Assembly: GCA_024635555.1 (NCBI GenBank)
Contig: JAGXIO010000137.1
Span: 5,986 to 69,985 of the forward strand
Direction of reading: 5' to 3'
Length of the DNA: 64,000 bases
DNA from: Saccharicrinis sp.
Lineage (GTDB): Bacteria; Bacteroidota; Bacteroidia; Bacteroidales; Marinilabiliaceae
The position numbers and the translations under genes are program-made. Below the pieces are notes generated by a model. It was not told the origin of the DNA. It searched no databases and saw only the letters and a program-made list of their open reading frames with translations. Positions within the stretch are counted from its first letter, which is position 1; the number at the start of each line of letters is the position of its first letter. This document shows, one piece after another, positions 55,660-64,000 of this stretch.

Positions 55660-56766
55660 TTAAAAAAGCTTCTTCGCAATATCCTTATCTAAAGCCTGTT
55701 TGTGCAACATAATGGCCACCGTGTTCATACGCAGATACTGTTCCGATAAATATACATATCCCCCGTAGGGATTATTTTTTACCCCCCAGCTGTTTTTTGT
55801 TTTAAAATAAACAGTTCCGTTTTCATCTTTGGCCATCCCAACAATGTGCATCAGATGGTCGTCGGTGGCTTGCCACGAAAAAAAGGCTTTTTGGCGATCG
55901 GCTTGTGTTACCATTTTCTCCTGACGTGGCGTAAAACCCAACGAGGCATCTAAAGGAATAAAGGCCACTCCTTCTTTATGCGAAAAAAAATCCTCCGAAA
56001 CATCGCCATCCCAAACAATGGAATAGCCGTTCTGCAAAGCATGTTTCATGGTTTCTACCAGTTCATCTAAAGGTAAATTGTAATACGTGTCGTGCGACCA
56101 GTTATCGGGAATTTCCAAATCAAAGGTCTTGTAAAAAGGATGGTGGGTGTAAGAGGTAAGCTCAATATAATTGTTTTTATCAATCCCTAAACCCTGTGCA
56201 TACTCGACCGGCGAATAGTTTCTGTTATTAAAGCGCACCTGACTTGGAACCAATCCCATATAATTGGTAAGCACGGAGCCTATGTTTTCAAACCACACTT
56301 GGGAAGGTAAAGCTCCTTTTTGTGCGATATATGCGTCTAAAAGCGACTTTAGGGCTATCTCCATCTCGCTATGGTCGTGCCTTTGCGATGTATCCAAGAT
56401 ACCATAGAAATAAGATTCGGGCACAAAACCATGCTCTTGCACCACATCCATCACATCGTGCGCCTGTCCACCCTGACTAAAGTTACCCTTACCATGCACC
56501 AATACAAACTGCTTGGCTTTGCGCTCGTAAACATGCTTAACGATGCACATTTCTGAGAGATCCAACTCCGGACCTCCCATGCGCAATATTTCCGATTCGA
56601 TAAACGATACCGTACTATATGCCCAGCAAGTACCCGTTTTATCCTGACTTTTTACAGCGGTAGCTTTTACTTGGGTTTCCGAACCAAACACAAAATTCTC
56701 CTGTGCCGCTAATGCAAACGACGAAAGGCAAACAAATGCCAGCAATATATATTTTATTGACTTCAT
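55660..56766 (-). CDS. Secreted C1-family (papain-like, aminopeptidase C/bleomycin-hydrolase-related) cysteine peptidase
   Basis: Signal peptide and QDKTGTCWAYS catalytic Cys motif. His in the HIVGMAKD region. Confidence 0.7.
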   Translation of the reverse strand: MKSIKYILLAFVCLSSFALAAQENFVFGSETQVKATAVKSQDKTGTCWAYSTVSFIESEILRMGGPELDLSEMCIVKHVYERKAKQFVLVHGKGNFSQGGQAHDVMDVVQEHGFVPESYFYGILDTSQRHDHSEMEIALKSLLDAYIAQKGALPSQVWFENIGSVLTNYMGLVPSQVRFNNRNYSPVEYAQGLGIDKNNYIELTSYTHHPFYKTFDLEIPDNWSHDTYYNLPLDELVETMKHALQNGYSIVWDGDVSEDFFSHKEGVAFIPLDASLGFTPRQEKMVTQADRQKAFFSWQATDDHLMHIVGMAKDENGTVYFKTKNSWGVKNNPYGGYVYLSEQYLRMNTVAIMLHKQALDKDIAKKLF

Positions 56767-56845
56767 GGTAATTAATAGTTTAAATTACGACATGCAAAAT
56801 AACGAAATTTTATTGAAGGAATGAAAAATGAAAAAAACCTCATTT

Positions 56846-56878
56846 AGTTACCTTTTTGGTAACTTATTAGTATCTTTG
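56846..56878 (+). promoter_or_regulatory. higBA promoter region: 7-bp-arm palindrome plus -7 box
   Basis: AGTTACC-TTTTT-GGTAACT (56846-56864) and TATCTTTG (56871-56878), 17 nt before the GTG start. Confidence 0.5.
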
Positions 56879-56894
56879 TCGGAAAGCTATTAAT

Positions 56895-57188
56895 GTGAGA
56901 ATATTTGCAAAACGAACATTACGAGAGTTTTGGTTAAAGCACGTCGACTGTGAACTTCAATTAAAATCGTGGTATCGCGAAACGGAGAAAGCTCATTGGA
57001 CATCTGTAAACGAATTGAAAAAGGAATATCCGGGAGCGAGTATTCTGAAAAACAATCGCATTGTTTTTGATATAAAAGGCAACCATTACAGGTTAATAGT
57101 GAAATTCAATTTTGAATTTCAGTTAGCTTGGATAAGATTCATTGGCACTCATAATGAATATGACAATATTAATGCAAACGAAATTTAG
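56895..57188 (+). CDS. higB: Type II toxin HigB (RelE-fold mRNA interferase)
   Basis: MRIFAKRTLREFW...WYRETEKAHW...NHYRLIVKFNF...IRFIGTHNEYD is typical of the HigB_toxin family. Confidence 0.85.
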   Translation: MRIFAKRTLREFWLKHVDCELQLKSWYRETEKAHWTSVNELKKEYPGASILKNNRIVFDIKGNHYRLIVKFNFEFQLAWIRFIGTHNEYDNINANEI

Positions 57189-57190
57189 TT

Positions 57191-57547
57191 ATGAACATAC
57201 TACCCATAAGAAACGAAACAGACTATCAAAATGCTCTTGAAAGATTCGAAGTAATTTTTGATGCAGAAAGAGGAACCGAAGAGGGAGATGAACTAGAAAT
57301 TCTTGCCATCTTGATTGATAATTATGAGAATGAGCACTTTCCTATTGAAATGCCTGATCCAATATCTGCCATCAAATTTAGAATGGAACAAATGGGAATG
57401 AAACAAAAGGATTTAGTCGAAATGGTTGGATATAAAAGTCGGGTGAGTGAAATTATGAGTAAAAAACGAAAACTCACATTAGATATGATCCGAAAACTCA
57501 ATACACATCTAAATATCCCTACCGAAGTTTTAATTCAAGAATACTAA
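57191..57547 (+). CDS. higA: HigA-like antitoxin with a C-terminal XRE-type HTH
   Basis: MKQKDLVEMVGYKSRVSEIMSKKRKLT HTH. 2-nt gap after higB. Confidence 0.8.
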   Translation: MNILPIRNETDYQNALERFEVIFDAERGTEEGDELEILAILIDNYENEHFPIEMPDPISAIKFRMEQMGMKQKDLVEMVGYKSRVSEIMSKKRKLTLDMIRKLNTHLNIPTEVLIQEY

Positions 57548-57682
57548 TGAACTTGACTATTCCATTATCTTTGAAAAAAGTAAATATTGATTATGGGCTT
57601 AGTATCTTTTGCAATGTTTTAAAGCAAACCGACATCCACCTTTTACTCCCAAGCACCCTGCTCTATGCGCCACGCTCCTTTC

Positions 57683-59701
57683 TCAAAACTTAAACTGCAA
57701 TTGCATCCTCATGTCGGTGCGGGCATTGCCGTCTATGGTCTCCAATCCCGAGCTCAATTCATCTCTGTCGGAATAGCTTGTTCTCCCGGCCTTGAACCAT
57801 AACTTCATGTTGCTCATCACTTCGTAGCTAAACATAAAATACGCTCTCGACCCCTCTCCCTGAAATGCAGGTGTATAGAAATTGTAAAGCAAATCGTTTT
57901 CGTAGGCATACAAGCGGGTGTCGTAATCCTCGGTGTCGAAAATTAGATAGCGCAACCAACAAGCCAACCTCCCGTTGGATGTTGCGTATTTAATGCCTGC
58001 AAAGGCCAGCACACCATCCGTGTTATCCCGGTTCTCCTCTTTATAAAACGATTTTTCCACCCGCATCTGCAAAGCCCAGTTTTGGTTTGCCTCAACATCG
58101 GTATGTAACCTAACTTTTTTAGTATTGATTGATACAATGGGATAATCGGGTGCATTACCCCGGTTCTGATTTTTGAACTTGTCTTTTTCGCGGTAACGCA
58201 CATAAACCTTAAAATTCGGGCTGAAATTATAATCGGCTCTAAACGAAATATCATATCCATACGCAGGCTTGTCGATACTATATTTTAACCAATCGGTTTT
58301 AAACACATCTACATAGCCTGTAATATTTACTTTGGATATGGGGAAAATACTCATGCCCAAATAAAAGCCCTGCTCACCGGCAGGAAACGAATTTTCGGAC
58401 AAGGTATTTACCCAGGGCGAAAAATAATAGGACGAAAAATAACGGTGCAATAATGCCAGTGAAACATTGTTGGCCGGCTTAAATTGCAATCCGTTTATAA
58501 CGGCAGGATTTCCATTTTTGTCCATGGCCAACTCACCAAATAACAGCATCTTACCCACACCATAATTATAGGCCAGCCAAAAATTTGCGTTTTCTGATTT
58601 TTCGTAGGCGGTATATTGGTATAATGCTTTCATAGCTATTGAATCCGCATTGTATTTTTGAACATACCCACCTACCGAAACCGACAGATTTTTAAAACGG
58701 TAATTCAAATTGGCTCCATAGCTTGATTGCCCCAAAGTGTTTTTTTTATCTCTCTCGCTTTGGGTGCGATGGTATCCGGTTGTGGGCATGGAGTTAACGA
58801 CAAGAAGGGTTGAATCCGCATTGTACTCTAAATCAGCATCGCTATTTTTAACCGAGGCAAACAGCGACAGCTCCGCATTACCGAAGCTCAAGGTTGTTGC
58901 AATACCTCTAAAAAAAGCATTTTCGTTTGCAGAAGAATACTTTTTAAAACCCTCTCCCCGTTTTCGTATGCTCAACGGTTCGGATGTTTTGCCCATGCTG
59001 GTGCCAGTCCATAATGCTAGTCCCTGACCAAAATTGGCGTGGTAATCACCCACAATCACTGTCTTTATCAACTTATCGCTTTGGTACATCAAGTAGCCCG
59101 ATGTGAAATCTATGGGTAATAGAATCTCGCCAGGATCCTTGTCTAGCACAAGACCACCATAAAAGTTTCTTCCATATTGCAGCTGAAATTTAGAGTACAA
59201 ATGATGCCTATTACCCATATAGCGAGTGGCAGAAGTGTCGGACTGATAGCCTTTTGCCTTTTCCAGGTTAAACTGATCGCGCAGCAGCACTTGTCCGTCT
59301 AGTCTATTCTTATAAACGGATTCTGCCTCTATGGGTTCTATCTTTACAAACATCATCAGCCTGTCAATATCCGTTGGCGAAAGTCCGCCCACAGCCTGCA
59401 ACTGATACTTGGAATCCAGAGGCCCCATTATCTGCACATAATCCACAATAGCCCTAATTTGTATATCTGTCAGAAAAATCAATTTTCCCAAATCCTCTAT
59501 TTTGGCTCGATTTAAATTTATGGGTCGCTCATATAATTGGAGCAGCTCGTCAAAAATTTGCGATTGCATGTTTAAATCTACCTCATTCTCACTCAACGAT
59601 TCCATCAAATCGTTAATTACCTTTTCTGGATTATCTGCCACTTGCGCATGAAGGGACATAAAAACCAAAAGGAAAAATAGTATGAGGCGGATATTTTTCA
59701 T
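57683..59701 (-). CDS. Secreted helix-hairpin-helix (ComEA-like) domain fused to a large outer-membrane beta-barrel
   Basis: Signal peptide. INLNRAKIEDLGKLIFLTDIQIRAIVDY...LQAVGGLSPTDIDRL (tandem HhH). Then ~520 aa of amphipathic strands ending in MQLQFKF. Confidence 0.6.
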   Translation of the reverse strand: MKNIRLILFFLLVFMSLHAQVADNPEKVINDLMESLSENEVDLNMQSQIFDELLQLYERPINLNRAKIEDLGKLIFLTDIQIRAIVDYVQIMGPLDSKYQLQAVGGLSPTDIDRLMMFVKIEPIEAESVYKNRLDGQVLLRDQFNLEKAKGYQSDTSATRYMGNRHHLYSKFQLQYGRNFYGGLVLDKDPGEILLPIDFTSGYLMYQSDKLIKTVIVGDYHANFGQGLALWTGTSMGKTSEPLSIRKRGEGFKKYSSANENAFFRGIATTLSFGNAELSLFASVKNSDADLEYNADSTLLVVNSMPTTGYHRTQSERDKKNTLGQSSYGANLNYRFKNLSVSVGGYVQKYNADSIAMKALYQYTAYEKSENANFWLAYNYGVGKMLLFGELAMDKNGNPAVINGLQFKPANNVSLALLHRYFSSYYFSPWVNTLSENSFPAGEQGFYLGMSIFPISKVNITGYVDVFKTDWLKYSIDKPAYGYDISFRADYNFSPNFKVYVRYREKDKFKNQNRGNAPDYPIVSINTKKVRLHTDVEANQNWALQMRVEKSFYKEENRDNTDGVLAFAGIKYATSNGRLACWLRYLIFDTEDYDTRLYAYENDLLYNFYTPAFQGEGSRAYFMFSYEVMSNMKLWFKAGRTSYSDRDELSSGLETIDGNARTDMRMQLQFKF

Positions 59702-60552
59702 TGCTTTGGTTTAAATTGATACGCTATGCCAAAACACGAGGACATCCCAAGCACTTCGTGATGGGCGATACCAGCATCCAACAAAAATCCCATCACGTCA
59801 AAACCCAAACCCAAGGTGTAGTTTACCGGTTTTCCCAGCACGCCGGTTCGTATCCAAACCTTTTGATTAATGCTGTACTCCAAGCCCATTTTATAAAGCA
59901 TCTCATACCCATTCTGCTTTTCAACCTCGCACGATATATCAAAATCAGGCGAAGCCCTCCAATTGAAACCAAGAACAAATAGGGAGGGTATTTCGGAGGT
60001 GGACTCCATTACGGTAATACTGGATTGCTCGGGATTGGAGATGTAAAAACCCAGTTTGACGGCCTCCATCGGCTCATAAATTACCCCAAGACCCGCAAAC
60101 AATTGACTGCCAGACCCCGACTGTGACAAGTGGGTATTTTGAAAGTTGAGCTGAAAAGAAGCATGTAAGTTTGGCGCTAAAGAACGTGCATAGGCCACTC
60201 CAAATTTAGTTTCCTGATAAAGCGAATAACCATATTGATTTACATAGGCTGAAATTACGCCAAACCTAAAAGGGAGCATACCAAGGGCACTTTTGGAGCT
60301 TAATTCGTTAACTAAATAAGGAAGATGATAGGCTACTGAAGCACTTGCGCTTGAGACTTGCGATGTGCCAGCAGGATTCAGGATAGGACTCCAGACGTCT
60401 GCACTAGTTACGCCTGTGGCGCCGCGGCCTAATGAGGCGGGTGAATTTACAAAAGTTGATTGTCCGGAAACACCGAAGGGTATATATAAACCAATTAACC
60501 AGAGCAATATACGCATGATACAGGTATAAATAAGATAACTTGGAATTTTCAT
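59698..60552 (-). CDS. Outer-membrane beta-barrel protein, PorV/PorQ (FadL-like) family resemblance
   Basis: SLGRGATGVTSADVWSPILNPAGTS N-terminal motif. 4-nt overlap with the HhH-barrel gene. Alternative start at 60516 (MRILLWL...). Confidence 0.4.
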   Translation of the reverse strand: MKIPSYLIYTCIMRILLWLIGLYIPFGVSGQSTFVNSPASLGRGATGVTSADVWSPILNPAGTSQVSSASASVAYHLPYLVNELSSKSALGMLPFRFGVISAYVNQYGYSLYQETKFGVAYARSLAPNLHASFQLNFQNTHLSQSGSGSQLFAGLGVIYEPMEAVKLGFYISNPEQSSITVMESTSEIPSLFVLGFNWRASPDFDISCEVEKQNGYEMLYKMGLEYSINQKVWIRTGVLGKPVNYTLGLGFDVMGFLLDAGIAHHEVLGMSSCFGIAYQFKPKQ

Positions 60553-60606
60553 TCAAAAGTTAACTTATTTATAATACCCCAACAAATTTTTAGCCAAAAA
60601 AATGAT

Positions 60607-61113
60607 TTAATTCGTCTTAAAATCGTATTTAATACCACTCAACTCTTTGTTGGCTTTTTCGATTTTATCCTTTAGTTTATCCTTAAAATCGGCTAATCTA
60701 TTGGCCAATTCTCTATCTGCCAGCGACAGCATTTGCGCCGCCAATATGCCGGCGTTTTGCGCGCCATCAATACCTACTGTAGCTACAGGTATTCCTGGAG
60801 GCATTTGCACAATAGCCAAAAGCGCATCCAAACCGTCCAACGAAGCCTTGATAGGCACTCCAATAATGGGCAGCTTAGTCATAGAGGCTATTACACCGGG
60901 CAAGTGAGCGGCCATGCCCGCGGCAGCTATAATAACTTTAATGCCACCTTCCTCGGCACCCTTGGCAAATTTCTCTACCGCCTCAGGTGTCCGGTGTGCC
61001 GACAAAGCATGCATTTCAAACGGAATTTTTAAATCGTTAAGCACTTGTGCTGCCTTTTCCATAACGGGCAAGTCGGATGTGCTGCCCATAATAATACTAA
61101 CTGTTGCTTGCAT
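60607..61113 (-). CDS. purE: 5-(carboxyamino)imidazole ribonucleotide mutase
   Basis: IIMGSTSDLPVM...AGMAAHLPGV motifs. Confidence 0.95.
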   Translation of the reverse strand: MQATVSIIMGSTSDLPVMEKAAQVLNDLKIPFEMHALSAHRTPEAVEKFAKGAEEGGIKVIIAAAGMAAHLPGVIASMTKLPIIGVPIKASLDGLDALLAIVQMPPGIPVATVGIDGAQNAGILAAQMLSLADRELANRLADFKDKLKDKIEKANKELSGIKYDFKTN

Positions 61114-61180
61114 AGTGATTTATTAATGTGTAAAATAATTGATAACTCATTTTTTGAGCAAAACTGGAGGTTAAAAAAAA

Positions 61181-61328
61181 TAGATTCCTCCCTTCGGTCG
61201 GAATGACAAGGCGTTTGGTGAAATGTGGTGGATGAGAGTTTGGATGGCGGTTTCTCCGCCATCCAAACTCTCATCTGCGACCCATGCACCTGTCATTCAG
61301 AGCGCAACGCAGTGAAGCGAAGAATCTA
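61181..61328. repeat. Nested palindromic (REP/MITE-like) element
   Basis: The inner perfect 20-bp arms are GATGAGAGTTTGGATGGCGG (61231-61250) / CCGCCATCCAAACTCTCATC (61256-61275). The outer imperfect inverted repeat is TAGATTCCTCCCTTC...GGAATGACAAGG (61181-61211) versus CCTGTCATTC...GAAGCGAAGAATCTA (61289-61328). Confidence 0.8.
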
Positions 61329-61471
61329 AACAAAAACATCCATTTTACCAGACAAGCGAAGTCTGAAAAATGTTTAAACCAGTTCCAAAAATAGTAAGTT
61401 ATAGAATAAAATTGCCCGCACACCAGATTTTTTTGTATTTTTGCGCATTAAATACAAAAAATTTCTATTTA

Positions 61472-62008
61472 ATGAAGCGTATAAAGCTATTAGACAGAGA
61501 GTTTAAGCTTTCGATACCGTTTAGCGAGATTGACGGTGCTATTGCAAAAATCGCCGATAAGATGAACAAAGAACTGCACGACCAAAATCCTTTATTGGTT
61601 TGCGTTTTAAACGGTTCGTTCATGTTTGCCGCCGATCTAATGAAAAAATTAGATTTCCCATGCCAGATAAGCTTCGTTAAGTTATCGTCGTACCGTGGAA
61701 CAGAAACCACGGGAAACGTGAAGGAAATCATCGGGTTAACCGAAAAGATTGAAGGACGTACAATAGTTATTTTAGAGGATATTATTGACACCGGTATAAC
61801 TATTGCAAAAATATTAGAGGATTTATCGGAATTTAAACCAAAAGCCCTAAAGGTTGCCACCATGCTTTTTAAACCCGAAGCATGTAAAGGCGATTTTAAG
61901 GTGGATTACGTGGGGATAGAGATTCCAAATGATTTTATAGTAGGATACGGGTTAGATTATGACGGTTACGGACGAAACTTGCCCGACATTTATACCGTTG
62001 TTGAATAA
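61472..62008 (+). CDS. hpt: Hypoxanthine phosphoribosyltransferase
   Basis: VILEDIIDTGITI PRPP motif. Start moved to the ATG at 61472. Confidence 0.9.
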   Translation: MKRIKLLDREFKLSIPFSEIDGAIAKIADKMNKELHDQNPLLVCVLNGSFMFAADLMKKLDFPCQISFVKLSSYRGTETTGNVKEIIGLTEKIEGRTIVILEDIIDTGITIAKILEDLSEFKPKALKVATMLFKPEACKGDFKVDYVGIEIPNDFIVGYGLDYDGYGRNLPDIYTVVE

Positions 62009-62025
62009 ATAAATTTTTAGCTAAG

Positions 62026-62598
62026 ATGTTGAATGTAGTAATTTTTGGCCCTCCGGGGTCGGGTAAAGGTACCCAGAGCGAGAACATTATTGAGAAGTAT
62101 AAATTAGCTCATATTTCGACCGGAGATTTGTTAAGAGCCGAAATAAGCGGGCATACCCAGTTGGGTACCATTGCCAAAAGTTATATCGACAAAGGAGATT
62201 TAGTTCCCGACGAAATAATTATTGGCATGATAGATAATAAAATTGAATCTCTAGCTCATACCAACGGCGTTATTTTTGACGGTTTTCCCAGAACTGAAGC
62301 ACAGGCCACAGCCCTCGATGAACTTTTGCACGAACACAAAGATAAGGTGTCGGTAATGGTTAACCTTGAAGTGCCTAAGGATGAATTGGTAGAGCGTTTA
62401 CTAAAAAGAGGCGAAATATCCGGACGTTCCGACGATAACCTCGAAACGATTGAAAAAAGAATTTCGGTATATGAAACGCAGACCAAACCGGTTATTGATT
62501 TTTACAAAAATAAAGGAGTTTACAAACCTATAAAAGGTGTAGGCTCTGTACAAAATATTTTCATGGCTATTTCCGAGGCTATCGATTCGGCCAAATAA
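62026..62598 (+). CDS. adk: Adenylate kinase (short lid form)
   Basis: GPPGSGKGTQ P-loop; 190 aa. Confidence 0.95.
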   Translation: MLNVVIFGPPGSGKGTQSENIIEKYKLAHISTGDLLRAEISGHTQLGTIAKSYIDKGDLVPDEIIIGMIDNKIESLAHTNGVIFDGFPRTEAQATALDELLHEHKDKVSVMVNLEVPKDELVERLLKRGEISGRSDDNLETIEKRISVYETQTKPVIDFYKNKGVYKPIKGVGSVQNIFMAISEAIDSAK

Positions 62599-62618
62599 GT
62601 ATCTTTACAAAAAAAATT

Positions 62619-62650
62619 AAAGCCACGGAGGGATTACCTTGCCGTGGCTT
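62619..62650 (+). terminator. Hairpin between adk and obg (weak T-tract; possible attenuator)
   Basis: AAGCCACGG-N13-CCGTGGCTT. Confidence 0.4.
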
Positions 62651-62671
62651 GTTCATTTAAAATATCACCTT

Positions 62672-63682
62672 ATGGCAAGCAGCAATTTTGTTGATTACGT
62701 TAAAATTTTTTGTCGGTCGGGAAAAGGCGGCGCCGGTTCGCAACATATGCGTCGCGAAAAAGCTGAACCTAAAGGCGGACCCGATGGCGGCGATGGCGGA
62801 AGGGGCGGCCATGTAATTATTAAAGGCAGCAAAAACCATTGGACTTTGTTGCACCTAAAGTTTAAGCGTCATGTTTTTTCAGGGCATGGTTCGGATGGCG
62901 GTGGCCAGGGAAGTTCAGGTTCTCAAGGCGAAGACAAAACCATTTATGTGCCCTTGGGAACCCTTGCCAAAGATGCAGAAACAGGTAAAGTTTTATGCGA
63001 GATAACCGACGAGAACCAAGTATTTGTCCTAGTAAAAGGTGGATTGGGCGGCAGAGGCAACATGCACTTTAAAACTGCCATCAAACAAAACCCACGTTAT
63101 GCACAACCAGGACAGGAGCTCACTGAACTTGCCGTTATTCTGGAATTAAAAATATTGGCTGATGTGGGATTGGTAGGATTCCCTAATGCAGGCAAATCAA
63201 CATTGTTGTCCGTTGTTTCGGCAGCTAAGCCCGAGATAGCCGATTATCCGTTTACCACCTTGGTGCCCAATTTGGGTATCGTTAACTATCGCGACAGTAA
63301 ATCTTTTGTAATGGCCGATATACCCGGTATTATTGAAGGTGCCAGCGAGGGCAAGGGATTAGGCATACGTTTTTTGAGGCACATAGAGCGTAACTCAATC
63401 CTACTGTTTTTAGTTCCTGCTGATAGCGACAACATAAAAAAAGATTACGAAATACTTCTCAACGAGCTTAAAAACTATAGCCCTGAACTTTTGGACAAGC
63501 AGCGCCTCTTGGCTATTTCGAAATGCGATATGTTAGACCAAGAACTCATCGAGGAAATAAAAAACGACCTTCCTGAAATACCCTATACTTTTATTTCCTC
63601 GGTGGCAAACCAAGGAATTACCGAATTAAAAGATATGATATGGAAAGCACTGGAGGAATCCAACAAAGATATGATAAGCTAA
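62672..63682 (+). CDS. obg: GTPase Obg/CgtA
   Basis: Gly-rich Obg fold ([10 protein letters not shown]) and G1 motif GFPNAGKST. Start at the ATG at 62672. Confidence 0.95.
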   Translation: MASSNFVDYVKIFCRSGKGGAGSQHMRREKAEPKGGPDGGDGGRGGHVIIKGSKNHWTLLHLKFKRHVFSGHGSDGGGQGSSGSQGEDKTIYVPLGTLAKDAETGKVLCEITDENQVFVLVKGGLGGRGNMHFKTAIKQNPRYAQPGQELTELAVILELKILADVGLVGFPNAGKSTLLSVVSAAKPEIADYPFTTLVPNLGIVNYRDSKSFVMADIPGIIEGASEGKGLGIRFLRHIERNSILLFLVPADSDNIKKDYEILLNELKNYSPELLDKQRLLAISKCDMLDQELIEEIKNDLPEIPYTFISSVANQGITELKDMIWKALEESNKDMIS

Positions 63683-64000
63683 TTGAGCAGTACACACAAT
63701 TAGCTGTCACGTTTCAAGCACAGATAAAATCGGTATCCCGAAAGATTGTTCTCTCGGGTTGGATTCGCTTAGTGGTATTTCTACTTCTTTTTGTGGCACC
63801 TGTTTATATATACGATTTTTCGCAAATTGCCTCAATAGGGCTTTTTGTTGGCTTTGCTATTTTCTTTGGTTTGTTGATAAAACGTTTCAACAAATTTAAA
63901 AGACTTAAAGCAGAGTTTGAATTGATGCGAAACTTGAATCTCAGCGAGGTAAAAGCACAGCAAGGCGACTGGAGCTCCTTTGGATCCGGCCAAGAGTTTA
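63640..64000 (+). CDS. N-terminal part of a membrane-anchored MutS-related (MutS family 2-like) protein; 3' end beyond the window
   Basis: Hand translation from the ATG at 63640: [23 protein letters not shown]...two hydrophobic helices...[18 protein letters not shown]. The layout matches what I recall for Bacteroidota MutS-related proteins. Not in the ORF track because no stop is reached. Confidence 0.45.
   Translation, partial: MESTGGIQQRYDKLIEQYTQLAVTFQAQIKSVSRKIVLSGWIRLVVFLLLFVAPVYIYDFSQIASIGLFVGFAIFFGLLIKRFNKFKRLKAEFELMRNLNLSEVKAQQGDWSSFGSGQEF

Noticed and set aside
61029-61289. 86-aa minus-strand ORF overlapping the purE start and the palindromic element
   Set aside because: It overlaps purE out of frame, and the rest is translation of the nested inverted repeats.
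1-64000. Prophage, integrative element or transposon context for the HNH, HepT/MntA and HigBA genes
   Set aside because: No integrase, transposase, recombinase, tRNA attachment site or phage structural gene is visible in any frame of the window. These modules appear to be isolated insertions.

Overview
The window looks like a chromosomal segment of a Bacteroidota genome. Several genes have TAnnTTTG-type -7 boxes instead of Shine-Dalgarno sites. argF' is the Bacteroides type, and envelope families such as PorV/PorQ-like, Wzi-like, DUF4097 and DUF3570 are present. I saw no rRNA, tRNA, CRISPR array, transposase or integrase.

Core content, left to right:
- Sulfur assimilation: a metY-like gene (5' truncated), an Omp85-like outer-membrane protein, an Rrf2 regulator and cysK.
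- carB, divergent from argR.
- A ~14.5 kb arginine plus proline biosynthetic supercluster on the + strand: argR, GNAT, argG, small TM ORF, argC, argD, HNH endonuclease ORF, proC, proB, proA, a terminator, then argF'(succinyl type), argB, argE, argH, gltA.
- A Pmp3-like small ORF that is missing from the ORF track, a TPR/PD40 lipoprotein, and recQ.
- purH-mreB-mreC-mreD-mrdA-rodA, panB, purE, hpt-adk-obg, and the start of a MutS-related gene.

Accessory or unusual content:
1. A four-gene envelope operon: thioredoxin, ApbE, DUF4266 and DUF3570. It has no canonical flavinylation substrate.
2. An operon of a porin plus a secreted FMN_bind protein. This protein carries the only canonical ApbE target motif in the window.
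3. A two-operon arsenic island with two ArsR paralogs and two distinct palindrome families.
4. A HepT/MntA toxin-antitoxin pair inside a polysaccharide locus.
5. A HigBA pair with an operator-like palindrome.
6. A ComEA-like helix-hairpin-helix domain fused to an outer-membrane barrel, paired with a PorV/PorQ-like barrel.
7. Several families of intergenic repeats and palindromes.

All functional calls come from reading motifs in the translated ORFs. No database search was run.
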